The notes under the pieces were generated by a model. It was not told the DNA's origin. It ran no database searches and saw nothing but the letters and a program-made list of their open reading frames with translations. Shown here one piece after another: positions 45,614-55,073 of a stretch of 64,000 nt of DNA (positions are counted from its first letter, which is position 1; each line of letters begins with the position of its first letter). Made by a program: the position numbers and the translations under genes. The stretch is from the NCBI GenBank assembly GCA_038231275.1, contig JBBRLQ010000019.1, positions 64,001 through 128,000 of the forward strand. The letters run 5' to 3'. Source of the stretch: Polyangiales bacterium. Its GTDB lineage: Bacteria; Myxococcota_A; Polyangia; Polyangiales; Polyangiaceae.

Positions 45614-47397
45614 CCCCCTTGCATAGCCGCTCGCGCCTCGCGGGCGCAATCGTCCTTCGTCGCGGCGGCGAGGGCGCGGCGCACTCCGGCGATCCGCGTC
45701 GGGGTCACGCTGAGCGCGTCGACTCCGAGCCCGACGAGCGCGCGAGCGCCGCCTGGGTCTCCGGCGAGCTCCCCGCATACGGTGACCGTGCGCCCGGCGG
45801 CGTGCGCAGCGTCCACGACCTTCGCCACCAGCACGAAGATCCGCGGATCGTGCGAGAGCCCGCTCGTCTCGCGCACCTGACCCAGGACGGCGGCGGAGAG
45901 ATCGTTCGTGCCGATGCACACGAAGTCGGCCGCACGCGCGATCGAGGGCGCGAGGGCGACCGCCTCCGGCGTCTCGATCATCGCGCCGACCTGCGTCTCG
46001 GCGGGCGCGAGAGCACGCACCTTCTCGATGTCCTCGGCGCATCGCACCAGCGGCAACAGCACCTTCGCGCCTGCGCGTCCAAGCGCGCGGACCTGGGCCG
46101 CGAGCACCTCCGGATGCAAGAAGAGGAGCTCCATGCCGCGCGCGTCGCGCCCCTCCGGCGATTTGAGCCACGGCAGCGGCTTGTCGCCCCCTGCGTCGTA
46201 GAGCCGAGCTACCACGGGCTGCCCCGCGGCGCGCGTGATGATCGTCAGCGCGGCGGCGTGCTGCTCGGCTTCGCTGGGGGCCGCGCGCCGCCCCGCGAAC
46301 ACGAGCTCCGTCCGCAAGAGGCCGACACCCTCGGCGCCAGGTGGCAGCTGCTCGCGGAGCGACGAGACGTTCGCGCGCACGTGGACGCCGAGGTGTGTGA
46401 GGGGCGCCGCGACCGCCGCCGCCGCCGCCTCGCGCGCGACCACGTGCTCGGCGCGTCGCCTCCTCGCGTCGTCGACCAGCGTCTCGCTCGGCGACGGCCA
46501 CACGTTCGCCGGCGAGGTGGTCGTGTCGAGGACCACCAGCTCGCCTTCGTCGATCTGCGCCAGCACGAACGAGGGAACGAACGCGAGCGGCAGCCCGCGC
46601 CCGCGCGCCAGGATCGCGGCATGCGACGTGAACCCCGCCGTCTGCGCCCCGTCGTCGTCGAGCGCCGCCAGCACCCCCACGATCTCCTTGGGGAGCGACG
46701 CAACGAGCGACGGCGTGACCAGCTCGGCGACGAGCACGGTATCGGCCGACAGCCCGACGAGCCGCGCGTCGCCGCCCCGCGGTCGGAGCGCGTCCAGGAG
46801 GCGCGCGCGGGCGTCGAGGATCAAGTCGGTGGGCACCGCGGAGGTCGCCGCTTGGATCGCCGCCAAGAAGCCCTTTCCCTCGGCGAGCTGCGCACGCACG
46901 GCCGTCTCCAGATCGCCGAGGATGTGGACCTCTGGCTCGAACAGCGCGCCCTCGCGCGGTGGCAGCGTCGCGATGAGCGCGGCGAGCGATGCGTGTGCGC
47001 GCGCGAAGATCTCGCGCACGCGCTCCGCCGGATCGCCATCCGCGACGTCCTCTGCGGCCTCGGCCTCGGCGTCGACTGTCACGACGAGCGCGTGCCCGAT
47101 CGCGATCCCTTCCACTGCCGACGCGCCGGTCTCCGGCACGAGATCGGCGACGAACCCACGCAGGATCAGCTCTTCGATCGCGGCGAGCGCGTCGGCGGCA
47201 CCTTCTCCGGTCGCCGTGATCTCGATCTCGTCGCCGGTCGCCGCGCCGAGCGAGAGCACCTCGAGGATCTTCGCCGCGCTCGCCCGCTTTTCGCCGCGCG
47301 CGATCGTGATCGCCGCGGCGAAGCGCTGCGCGAGGCGGACGAGGCGGTTCGCGGGCCGCGCGTGCAGCGCCTCGGGAAGGCGCACGCGCACCGTCAC
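45610..47397 (-). CDS. HPr-Enzyme I fusion phosphotransferase
   Basis: HPr LHARPA; EI TSHAAILAR, GLLRTE, DAGGDK, MIETP, IGTNDL, VCGE. Confidence 0.9.
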   Translation of the reverse strand: MTVRVRLPEALHARPANRLVRLAQRFAAAITIARGEKRASAAKILEVLSLGAATGDEIEITATGEGAADALAAIEELILRGFVADLVPETGASAVEGIAIGHALVVTVDAEAEAAEDVADGDPAERVREIFARAHASLAALIATLPPREGALFEPEVHILGDLETAVRAQLAEGKGFLAAIQAATSAVPTDLILDARARLLDALRPRGGDARLVGLSADTVLVAELVTPSLVASLPKEIVGVLAALDDDGAQTAGFTSHAAILARGRGLPLAFVPSFVLAQIDEGELVVLDTTTSPANVWPSPSETLVDDARRRRAEHVVAREAAAAAVAAPLTHLGVHVRANVSSLREQLPPGAEGVGLLRTELVFAGRRAAPSEAEQHAAALTIITRAAGQPVVARLYDAGGDKPLPWLKSPEGRDARGMELLFLHPEVLAAQVRALGRAGAKVLLPLVRCAEDIEKVRALAPAETQVGAMIETPEAVALAPSIARAADFVCIGTNDLSAAVLGQVRETSGLSHDPRIFVLVAKVVDAAHAAGRTVTVCGELAGDPGGARALVGLGVDALSVTPTRIAGVRRALAAATKDDCAREARAAMQGG

Positions 47398-48806
47398 GCG
47401 CCGTCCTTCTTCACGAACTGCGCACGCACGTCGCCGCGCACCCACCACCAGACCGCGCCGTACCCCACCGCCGCCGCGAGCCCCATCCAGAACCCCGGCG
47501 TCCCCGGTAAGAAGAGCTGGAGGACGATCCACGGCACGACGTGGCTCCCGAGCGCGACGCCCGACCACAGCCCATACTGAGCCGCGGTGCCGCCGAGCCC
47601 TTCGGGCCGGAAGCCTGCGGCCTGCGCGAGCTGGGTCGTGAGCGGCCCGAGGCTCGTGCCGATCCAGAGGATGCACGCGACGATGATCACTGCGTTGATG
47701 AGCCCGCGCACCATGTTGCCGCGCGACGCGGCGACACCCCACAGAACATAAAAGGGGAGGGCGGCGAGATCGCCGAAGGGCAGCATACGGTTGCCGGGAA
47801 GAATCACCGCGAGGAGCAGCGCGATCGGCACGCAGAGGAGCGCGATCGCCATGTTTGCCGGGTGGCCGATGACGACCGCCGCGTCGAGGCCGATGAGCAC
47901 GTCACGCCCCGGAAAGCGCTTTTGCAAATAGTCGCGCGCCCCTTCACTGATCGGGATGAGCCCCTCCATCAGGATCGCGACGACCTTGGGCAGAACGACG
48001 AGCACCGCCGACATCGTAACCGCGAGGGTGAGGACCTCTTTGGTCCACGCGCCGTATTTTCCGGCCTTCCAGAGGTTCACCGCGCCGAGCGCGCCGATGA
48101 GCACGCCGAGGATCGCGCCCATGAGGATCGGCTCGCCGAGGATGCCGAGGCGCCTGCGAATGGCCGCGGGATCCGCCTCGACCTTCGCGAGGAACGGGAT
48201 GCGCCGCTCGATGCGCTCCAGCGCGAACATCAGCGGCGCCCAGTTCACCGTCTCGGTGTGCGGGAGCGAAATTCCGGGCAGGCCGAAGTGGTGCTCCACC
48301 GCCGGCGCCGTCCAATCGGCGAGCTTGAAGACGACGAGCGCCGTGATGCACGCGCCGAGGACGCCGAGCGCCATCGAGTGCGTCGCCGCGTGGATGAGCG
48401 CGCCGGTGTAGATGAAGTGCCAGTAATTCCACAGATCGACGTCGATCGTGCGCGTGACCTTGGTGACCACGAGGACGGCGTTCAGGGCGAGCACGGTCGG
48501 GATGAGCGCGGCGGCGATCGGCGACGCGAACGACACCGCGGCCCCCATCGGCCACCCGACGTCGAGGATGTCGAGCTTCACGCCGAGCACGTCGGCGAAC
48601 GCCATCGCCTTCGGCCCGACGACCCCCACGAGCAGGTTCACGACGAGGCCGACGGCGATGAAGCCGACGCCGACGGTGAGTCCTGCGCGGAAGGATTTTG
48701 CGAAGCCTTGCTTCAGCGCGAGGCCCAGGAGCGTGATGAGGATGGGCATCATCACCGGCGCGCCCAAATCGAGGACGTACCGGACGCCGTGGTCGAGCGA
48801 CTCCAT
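47394..48806 (-). CDS. gatC: PTS galactitol-family EIIC
   Basis: LDVGWP, DVDLWNYWHF, IGLDAA, LPGNRMLPFGDL. Confidence 0.92.
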   Translation of the reverse strand: MESLDHGVRYVLDLGAPVMMPILITLLGLALKQGFAKSFRAGLTVGVGFIAVGLVVNLLVGVVGPKAMAFADVLGVKLDILDVGWPMGAAVSFASPIAAALIPTVLALNAVLVVTKVTRTIDVDLWNYWHFIYTGALIHAATHSMALGVLGACITALVVFKLADWTAPAVEHHFGLPGISLPHTETVNWAPLMFALERIERRIPFLAKVEADPAAIRRRLGILGEPILMGAILGVLIGALGAVNLWKAGKYGAWTKEVLTLAVTMSAVLVVLPKVVAILMEGLIPISEGARDYLQKRFPGRDVLIGLDAAVVIGHPANMAIALLCVPIALLLAVILPGNRMLPFGDLAALPFYVLWGVAASRGNMVRGLINAVIIVACILWIGTSLGPLTTQLAQAAGFRPEGLGGTAAQYGLWSGVALGSHVVPWIVLQLFLPGTPGFWMGLAAAVGYGAVWWWVRGDVRAQFVKKDGA

Positions 48807-48809
48807 CGT

Positions 48810-49286
48810 CTATGCCTCCCCGTCGGTGTTGCTTCCGCGGATCGCCGCGAGCATCGCGTCGGCCGTCGTCGCCGCCAGAAGGGCCGCGCGGAGCTTCTCG
48901 TCTTGAAGGAGCTCGAGGAGATCCGACAGGCCCGCGGCGGCCTGGTCCTTCGAGGTCAGCGCCGGCATGACGACGATGCGCGCGTCGAGCTGGATCTCCG
49001 GCGAGCCCATCTGCCGAAAGCGCACCGGGGTCGCGAGCAGCGCCACGGCGACGGCCGCGGTCTTCACGTGCTGAGGCTCGGCGTGCGGGAGCCCGATCGG
49101 CGCGTCGGGGAAGGGGAGACCGGTCGGCGATTTCTTCTCGCGCTGCACCGCAGCCGCCTCGAACGACGGGAGCACGTGCCCTTTTTCTGCGAGGAGACGC
49201 GCCAGCGCACGAATCGCCTGCTCCGCGTTCGCCGCCACGAGGCCCGGAACGCAGAGCTCCGCGGAGAAGAGCGCGCGCGCTCCCAC
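48810..49286 (-). CDS. gatA: PTS EIIA (galactitol/Ntr-type fold)
   Basis: REKKSPTGL, IGLPHAE, FRQMG. Confidence 0.88.
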   Translation of the reverse strand: MGARALFSAELCVPGLVAANAEQAIRALARLLAEKGHVLPSFEAAAVQREKKSPTGLPFPDAPIGLPHAEPQHVKTAAVAVALLATPVRFRQMGSPEIQLDARIVVMPALTSKDQAAAGLSDLLELLQDEKLRAALLAATTADAMLAAIRGSNTDGEA

Positions 49287-49290
49287 GGGA

Positions 49291-49974
49291 CTACGCCGCC
49301 TCGAGGTGCTTTTTGAGGAACGACACCGCGCGGCCCCAGGCGACCTTCGCCGCCGCCGCGTCGTACACCTCGGGGCGCGCGTCGTTCATGAACGCGTGCT
49401 CGGCGTCGTAGAGGTGGACCTCCATCGGCACGTGCTTAGCGTCGAGCTTCTCCTTCAGAGCGAGGGCGAGCTCCGGCTTGGCCCAGCGGTCGGTCTTCGA
49501 GAAATGCGCCTGCACCGGGATGGCGATCGTGTCGAGCTTCGCCTTCGCGGGATCAGGGATTCCGTAGAACGGCACCGCGGCCGAGAGGCCGGAGACCATC
49601 GAGGCGGCGCTGAACGCGTACGCGCCCCCCATGCAGAACCCGAGGATGCCGACCTTGCCGTTGCCACGTGTGTGCGCCGCCAGGAAGTCGACGGCGCCCG
49701 CGACCTCGGAGCCGGCTTGATCGCGATCAAGCGACGTCATCAGTCCGCTCGCCTCCTCGGCCGTCTTGGCGATGACACCGTGGTAGAGGTCGGGCGCGAG
49801 GACGAGGAAGCCTTCCGCCGCCAGCCGTTCGGCGACGCTCACGACGTGCGCGTTCAACCCCCAGTACTCCTGGACGAGCACGACCGCGGGCGCTTTGCCG
49901 CTGCCGGGTGGCTCCGCGACGACACCGTCCGCAGCCTTGCCGTTCCGCGCCGTGAAGGGTGTGCGTTGGCTCAT
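49291..49974 (-). CDS. Dienelactone hydrolase family protein
   Basis: QEYWGLN, GFCMGG, HAFMN. Confidence 0.92.
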   Translation of the reverse strand: MSQRTPFTARNGKAADGVVAEPPGSGKAPAVVLVQEYWGLNAHVVSVAERLAAEGFLVLAPDLYHGVIAKTAEEASGLMTSLDRDQAGSEVAGAVDFLAAHTRGNGKVGILGFCMGGAYAFSAASMVSGLSAAVPFYGIPDPAKAKLDTIAIPVQAHFSKTDRWAKPELALALKEKLDAKHVPMEVHLYDAEHAFMNDARPEVYDAAAAKVAWGRAVSFLKKHLEAA

Positions 49975-50022
49975 GCGCCCGCGAGGATACACAGAGTGGT
50001 AACGTATGAGGAAGAGGTCGCG

Positions 50023-50412
50023 ATGAAAGTCACGTCGGCGTTCGTTCTCGTGGGGCTATTCGGTCTGGTGGCCCTCGGATGCGACAAGAAGTCGGACGAT
50101 CCGCGCGCGTCCACGACGGCGGCGGTGGCGTCGGCCACGGCAGCGGGCACCCGCGCGATCCCGATCGCAGTCGACGCCAAGGGCTTCACCCCGAGCTCGG
50201 TCGACGTCAAAAAGAGCGAGAAGGTGCAGCTCGTCTTCACGCGCACGAGCGACGAGACGTGCGCGAAAGAGGTCGTCTTCCCGGACATCGGCCTCAAGAA
50301 GGACCTGCCACTCAACAAGGCCGTCGTCGTCGACGTGCCCACCGACTCCGCGCGAACCCTGACGTTTCAGTGCGGAATGGCGATGTACAAGAGCAAGGTC
50401 GTCATCAATTAG
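50023..50412 (+). CDS. Cupredoxin-domain lipoprotein
   Basis: Lipobox ALG-C; GFTPS, TCAKEVVFP, FQCGMAMY. Confidence 0.85.
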   Translation: MKVTSAFVLVGLFGLVALGCDKKSDDPRASTTAAVASATAAGTRAIPIAVDAKGFTPSSVDVKKSEKVQLVFTRTSDETCAKEVVFPDIGLKKDLPLNKAVVVDVPTDSARTLTFQCGMAMYKSKVVIN

Positions 50413-50445
50413 AGCGGAAGTCGTTCGACCGTCGCGGGCAAACGA

Positions 50446-51735
50446 CTACGCGACGGCGCGAACACTCTCGAGCAAAATCCCGAGGAGCTCGTCGAGATCG
50501 ACGTCGGAGATGACCAACGGCGGGCACACGTACACAGTGTCGCCGAGCGGGCGCAAATACGCGCCGCGGCGGAGCGCCTCCTCGTAAACGCGCCACCCGA
50601 GGCCGCCGTGGTATCCGGTCGCGCCTCCGAGATCGGCCGCGCCGATCATTCCAATGGTGCGCACGCGTGCCACGTTCGGTAGCTCGCGGATCTTCGCGAA
50701 CCCCGCCTCGATGCGCCGCGCGAGCCGGGCCGCACGCGCGACGATGGCCTCGTCCTCGTACACGCGCAGCACCTCGCGCGCGACGGCAGCGCCGAGCGGA
50801 TTTCCACAGAACGTGTGCCCGTAGTTGAGCGCGCGGCTCTTGTCGCCGCGAAACGCGTCGAAGACCGGCTCGGTCGTCAGCGCGGCGGCCATCGGGAAGA
50901 GCGGCGAGAACACCTTTCCGATGCACATGATGTCGGGCGAGACGCCGGCGTGATCCATCGCCCACATGCGCCCGGTGCGGCCGTACCCCGCGAAGACCTC
51001 GTCGGCGACGAGGAGGACGTCGCAGCGATCGCAAAGCGCGCGGAGCTCCCGAAGGTACTCGGGCGCGTAGATGCGCATCCCCGCCGCGCCCTGGACGATC
51101 GGTTCGACGACCACCGCTGCGATTTCGTCCTTGTCGCGCTCGACGATGGCGGTGATGGCCTCGAACGCGCGGGCGTAGGCGTCCTCTTCGGGGAAGGGGG
51201 CGCGTGCGCACTCGAAGAGGACGCCCGCGAAGGGGCGGCGGAAGATCTCGACCCCGCCGAGGCTCGCCGCGCCGATCGAGTCGCCGTGGTACGCGCCGTC
51301 GAGCGCGACGAAGCGCGTCTTCTTCGGCGCGCCGAGCTGCCCCCAGAGCTGCACGCACATCTTCACGGCGACCTCGATCGCGGTCGAGCCGTTGTCCGTG
51401 TAAAATACACGGTTCAGGCCGGCGGGAGCGACGCGGCAAAGCTCGGTCGCGAGCGCTGCGGCGGGCTCGTGCGTGGTGCCGGCGAGCGAGCAGTGCGCGA
51501 GCGTCTTGGCTTGTCGCTCGAGCGCGGCGAGGAGCCTAGGGTGCCCGTGACCGAGCGCCGCGACCCACCACGAGCTGTTCCCGTCGAGGTACGCGCGGCC
51601 ATCGACGTCGTACAGCCTCACGCCCGACGCTCGCGCGACGACGAGCGGATCGCCGCCCGCGATGTACGCGTCCATCGGCGTGTAGGGATGCCAGACGTGC
51701 GCCTTGTCGGCGCGGACGATCGACGCGCGGTCCAC
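50446..51735 (-). CDS. bioA: Adenosylmethionine-8-amino-7-oxononanoate aminotransferase
   Basis: VWHPYT, SSWW, YHGDS, EPIVQGAAGM, ADEVFAGYGRTG, HTFCGNP, LRPLG. Confidence 0.92.
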   Translation of the reverse strand: MDRASIVRADKAHVWHPYTPMDAYIAGGDPLVVARASGVRLYDVDGRAYLDGNSSWWVAALGHGHPRLLAALERQAKTLAHCSLAGTTHEPAAALATELCRVAPAGLNRVFYTDNGSTAIEVAVKMCVQLWGQLGAPKKTRFVALDGAYHGDSIGAASLGGVEIFRRPFAGVLFECARAPFPEEDAYARAFEAITAIVERDKDEIAAVVVEPIVQGAAGMRIYAPEYLRELRALCDRCDVLLVADEVFAGYGRTGRMWAMDHAGVSPDIMCIGKVFSPLFPMAAALTTEPVFDAFRGDKSRALNYGHTFCGNPLGAAVAREVLRVYEDEAIVARAARLARRIEAGFAKIRELPNVARVRTIGMIGAADLGGATGYHGGLGWRVYEEALRRGAYLRPLGDTVYVCPPLVISDVDLDELLGILLESVRAVA

Positions 51736-51736
51736 G

Positions 51737-53179
51737 TTAGACTCCTTTGGCCTGCGCGCTTGCGACGCGCCGACCGCTCCGCGAAGAAGCCTCGGGCGGC
51801 TCGCTGGTACGACCGAACGGCAAAAATACGGTCGCCGTCGTCCCCTCGCCGGCGCGGCTCTGGATGATGAAGCGGCCGCCGTGCGCCTCGATGATCCGAT
51901 CGACGATCGCGAGCCCGAGGCCGGTGCCGCTGGGCCGCGTCGTGAAGAACGGATCCTTGGCGCGCTTTCGCACCATCGTGTCCATGCCCTCGCCGGTGTC
52001 GACCACGTCGACCGCGAGCCCGTCGGTGCCCTCGAGCGTCTCGGTGCGGAAGCGGACGGTGAGCTGACCTTCGCCTTCCATCGCTTGGACCGCGTTGTCG
52101 ATGAGGTTGTCGAACACCTGGCGCAAGTGGTTCGCGTCGGCCCACACGCGCGCGTCCTTGGCCTCGCGCTCGACGGCGACGGCGACTCCGGTCTGGCTTC
52201 GTGCGAGGCCGAGGGCGCGATCGACGAGATCATCCACGGCGAGCTGCGTGCGTTGGAGTGCGAGCGGGCGCGCGTAGCCGAGCAGATCGGTCACGAGCCG
52301 GTTCAGGCGCTCCACCTCTTCGTCGAGGATCCCGAGCAGCGTCGCCTGGTCCTCGCGCGGCACGCCCTCCTTCTTGAGGCCCGAGACCGCGTTCGCGACG
52401 ATCGCCAGCGGGTTTCGCACCTCGTGCGCGATCACCGCGGCGAGCTCGCCGACCACCGCGAGCTGCTCCTTTCGAACGAGCTCGAGCTGCGTCGAGCGAA
52501 GCTCCCCGTGCGAGCGGCGCAGCTCGCGGGAGCGCTCTCGGAGCGCGCGTCGGCTGCGATCGAGCTCGCTCGCGACGTCCCAGAACCGGCCGAGCAACAG
52601 CAACGACAGACCGAAGACGAGCGCGACGAAGCCGATGAGCGTGAGCCCCGTCGTCTCGAGGAGCCCGAGGTACAGGCCGACGTCGTTCAGGATCGCCGCG
52701 AGGAGGACGACGCCGCCGACGACCACCGGGAACGCTTCGCGCCGCCCTTGCAAGTACGCGCGCGCGAAGATCCACAAGAACGCGCTCACGCCGGCCGCCG
52801 CCGTTAGCAGCGCGAGATCGAGCGCGACGCCTGCCCGATCGAGCGTCCCCTGCGTCGCCATCATCGCGACGATGGCGGCGGTCCCGTAGACGACGAGGAG
52901 CCAACGGCCGCGCCCCTTCAGCCGCCCGTAGTCGATCCCGAAGTGATCGACGAGGGCGACCGCAGGCGCGAGGGCCGCCGTCGCGAGCTGCCCCGCGAAC
53001 GGCGCCGTCGTTCGGTTCGCGACGATGCGCGCCACCGCCGACACCAGCAGCGCCACGCACAAAAGCGCAAGGAGACGCAGCTCGGCGCGCCGTTGGCGCT
53101 GGAAGGCCAGCACCGCGTGCGCGCCGACGAACGCGAAGATTCCCGCCGCGAAAATGAGGGCGTCGTCGAGCAGATCCAA
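51737..53179 (-). CDS. Membrane sensor histidine kinase
   Basis: Multi-TM N-terminus; AHEVRNPL, NLIDNA, DTGEG, PFFTT, GTGLGL. Confidence 0.92.
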   Translation of the reverse strand: MDLLDDALIFAAGIFAFVGAHAVLAFQRQRRAELRLLALLCVALLVSAVARIVANRTTAPFAGQLATAALAPAVALVDHFGIDYGRLKGRGRWLLVVYGTAAIVAMMATQGTLDRAGVALDLALLTAAAGVSAFLWIFARAYLQGRREAFPVVVGGVVLLAAILNDVGLYLGLLETTGLTLIGFVALVFGLSLLLLGRFWDVASELDRSRRALRERSRELRRSHGELRSTQLELVRKEQLAVVGELAAVIAHEVRNPLAIVANAVSGLKKEGVPREDQATLLGILDEEVERLNRLVTDLLGYARPLALQRTQLAVDDLVDRALGLARSQTGVAVAVEREAKDARVWADANHLRQVFDNLIDNAVQAMEGEGQLTVRFRTETLEGTDGLAVDVVDTGEGMDTMVRKRAKDPFFTTRPSGTGLGLAIVDRIIEAHGGRFIIQSRAGEGTTATVFLPFGRTSEPPEASSRSGRRVASAQAKGV

Positions 53180-53196
53180 CGCCTGCGCAGACTACA

Positions 53197-54186
53197 TCAC
53201 TTCTTGGGTGCGGGGGGCTTCGCGACGTTGGTGCCGGCATCGGGGGTTCCCCCCATGGTCATCCCCGGCATGGGATCGGCAGGCGCGTCTTTGTTGATCG
53301 TGATGGTGCGCGCCGTGGAGTTCCACGGGCCGGGGACGGGCTTGTCGTCCTTGTCCATCAGATCGAGCTTCAGCGCGTAGGCGCCGTTTTGGAGGTTGTC
53401 GAGGTAGAACGGCGTCCCGACCTTGTCGGCCTTCGCGGTCAGCGCGGCGTCGAGCCCCGGTCCCGTGACGGAGATGTTCACGTGATCCTTGCCGTCGCCC
53501 AGCGCGTCGTTCGCGAGCTGGAAGTCGATGAGGACGTGGCGCGCCATGTCGCCTTTGTATTCGCCCTTGGGGCGGCTGTAGATGAGGATGGGCTTCTTGA
53601 GGTTCGTCTTCGCCTCGCCCTTCTTGCCGACGTAGAACTCGATGACGCTCATCGCGTCTTTCGTCTTCACGCTCTCGTGGTTGGCGCGGCTCGGGAACGC
53701 GACGAGCACGTGCTGCCCCTCGTCGATCGCCGCGCCGCCGGCGAGCTCACTCAGCTTGACCGGGACCTTCGGATCGTAGATCGCCTTGTACGGCTTGTTG
53801 TCGAGGATGAGGTGGACGTGCGAGCTGCCCGTCGCCGTCTGCCAGTTCTTCACGTCGAGCTTGATGGCGTAGTCGGCCGCCTTGTCGCTCGCGACGACCT
53901 CGCCGTTCTTCGGCGCCGCGAACTTCGCGGTCGGCAGTGCGCCGGTCGGATCCGGGCTGGCCGCGCCGGGGACGAGCGTGGGCGCGGGAGCCGGCGGCGC
54001 CGCGACCGGGGTGCCCGCGTCTTCGGCGCCCGGCGGCGGGGTCGCGGTCGCGGTCGGAGTGGGCGGCGGAGGCGGCGGCGGGGGCGGCGGGGGAAGGTTG
54101 TCGTTTCCGCCGCCGCAAGCGACGACGAGACCGAGCGCGAGCGTGAGGCTCGACGCGGCGAGGAGGAGGCGGCTGCGGGTCTTCAT
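53197..54186 (-). CDS. Lipoprotein with poly-Pro linker and two Ig-like domains with His motifs
   Basis: Lipobox VVA-C; SHVHLILD, RANHES; C-terminal MPGMTMGG. Confidence 0.8.
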   Translation of the reverse strand: MKTRSRLLLAASSLTLALGLVVACGGGNDNLPPPPPPPPPPPTPTATATPPPGAEDAGTPVAAPPAPAPTLVPGAASPDPTGALPTAKFAAPKNGEVVASDKAADYAIKLDVKNWQTATGSSHVHLILDNKPYKAIYDPKVPVKLSELAGGAAIDEGQHVLVAFPSRANHESVKTKDAMSVIEFYVGKKGEAKTNLKKPILIYSRPKGEYKGDMARHVLIDFQLANDALGDGKDHVNISVTGPGLDAALTAKADKVGTPFYLDNLQNGAYALKLDLMDKDDKPVPGPWNSTARTITINKDAPADPMPGMTMGGTPDAGTNVAKPPAPKK

Positions 54187-54294
54187 GGCCCGGCACATTG
54201 CTCGCGATTCGCCCCTCCGCGCAATCGCTTTTTGTTCGGCCCCCGCGAGTACCGAGCTTGACGGCACGGCGCGCTCGCGTGATGAAAACGGAGC

Positions 54295-54621
54295 ATGCCC
54301 CACCGCGAGCGCTACCTCTTCGTATGCATCAACCGCCGCGACGCCGACAACCCGAAGGGCTCGTGCGCTGCGAAGGGGTCCGAGGAGCTCGTGAAGAAGC
54401 TCAAGGAGGCGCTCGTAAAACGCGGTGCGCAGTCGAAGATCCGCGTCTGCTCGTCGTCGTGCCTGGACCTCTGCGAGAGCGGCGCGTCGATCGTCGTGGA
54501 ACCGGATCACGTCGTGTACGGGAGCGTCACGCTCGCCGACGTCGACGCGGTGGCCGACGCCGCCGTCGCGGGCACGATCGTCGAGCGCCTCGTGGTCAAA
54601 CCGCCTCGCGCCGAAAAATGA
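54295..54621 (+). CDS. Thioredoxin-like [2Fe-2S] ferredoxin
   Basis: FVCINRR..GSC, SSCLDLC..G..IVVEPD.VVY. Confidence 0.9.
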   Translation: MPHRERYLFVCINRRDADNPKGSCAAKGSEELVKKLKEALVKRGAQSKIRVCSSSCLDLCESGASIVVEPDHVVYGSVTLADVDAVADAAVAGTIVERLVVKPPRAEK

Positions 54622-55070
54622 AGCTCACCTTCCACGAGAACCTGGCGGGCGCCTACCACCTCTTGGCCAGCCCCCTCGAGGACCGCACCGCCGATCTCAG
54701 CCTCGACGTATCGATCGATCGCCTGCGCGACTTCGTCCGCGCGCCCGCGTTGCGTGTGGAGGGCACGCTCTCGCTCGACGGCGTGGCGACGGCGTGCCCG
54801 TGCACAGGCAGCATCGGCCTGCGCGTCGCCAACGAGCAGCGCATTCCCTACGATTTGCGCTTCGCGGGCGACGACGGTCGCAGTTACCGCCTCTACGGCC
54901 AGCGCGATCTGACGCTCCCCAAGCTCACCGACGCGCTCACGGTCCTCCCGATGAGCCTGTGCGACGACACCGGCCACGAGGTCGGCCGCGCCGTCCTTCG
55001 CGTCGACGCCCGATCCCTGGCCGGCCAGCTCCGTCAGCTGCTGAAATCCGTCCGCGTAAAGGTATGGTGA
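54618..55070 (+). CDS. Hypothetical protein (resembles accessory beta domain of GMC/cholesterol-oxidase fusion proteins)
   Basis: ATGA overlap; LTFHENLAG, YDLRF..DDGRSYRLYG. Confidence 0.6.
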   Translation: MKLTFHENLAGAYHLLASPLEDRTADLSLDVSIDRLRDFVRAPALRVEGTLSLDGVATACPCTGSIGLRVANEQRIPYDLRFAGDDGRSYRLYGQRDLTLPKLTDALTVLPMSLCDDTGHEVGRAVLRVDARSLAGQLRQLLKSVRVKVW

Positions 55071-55073
55071 AGG

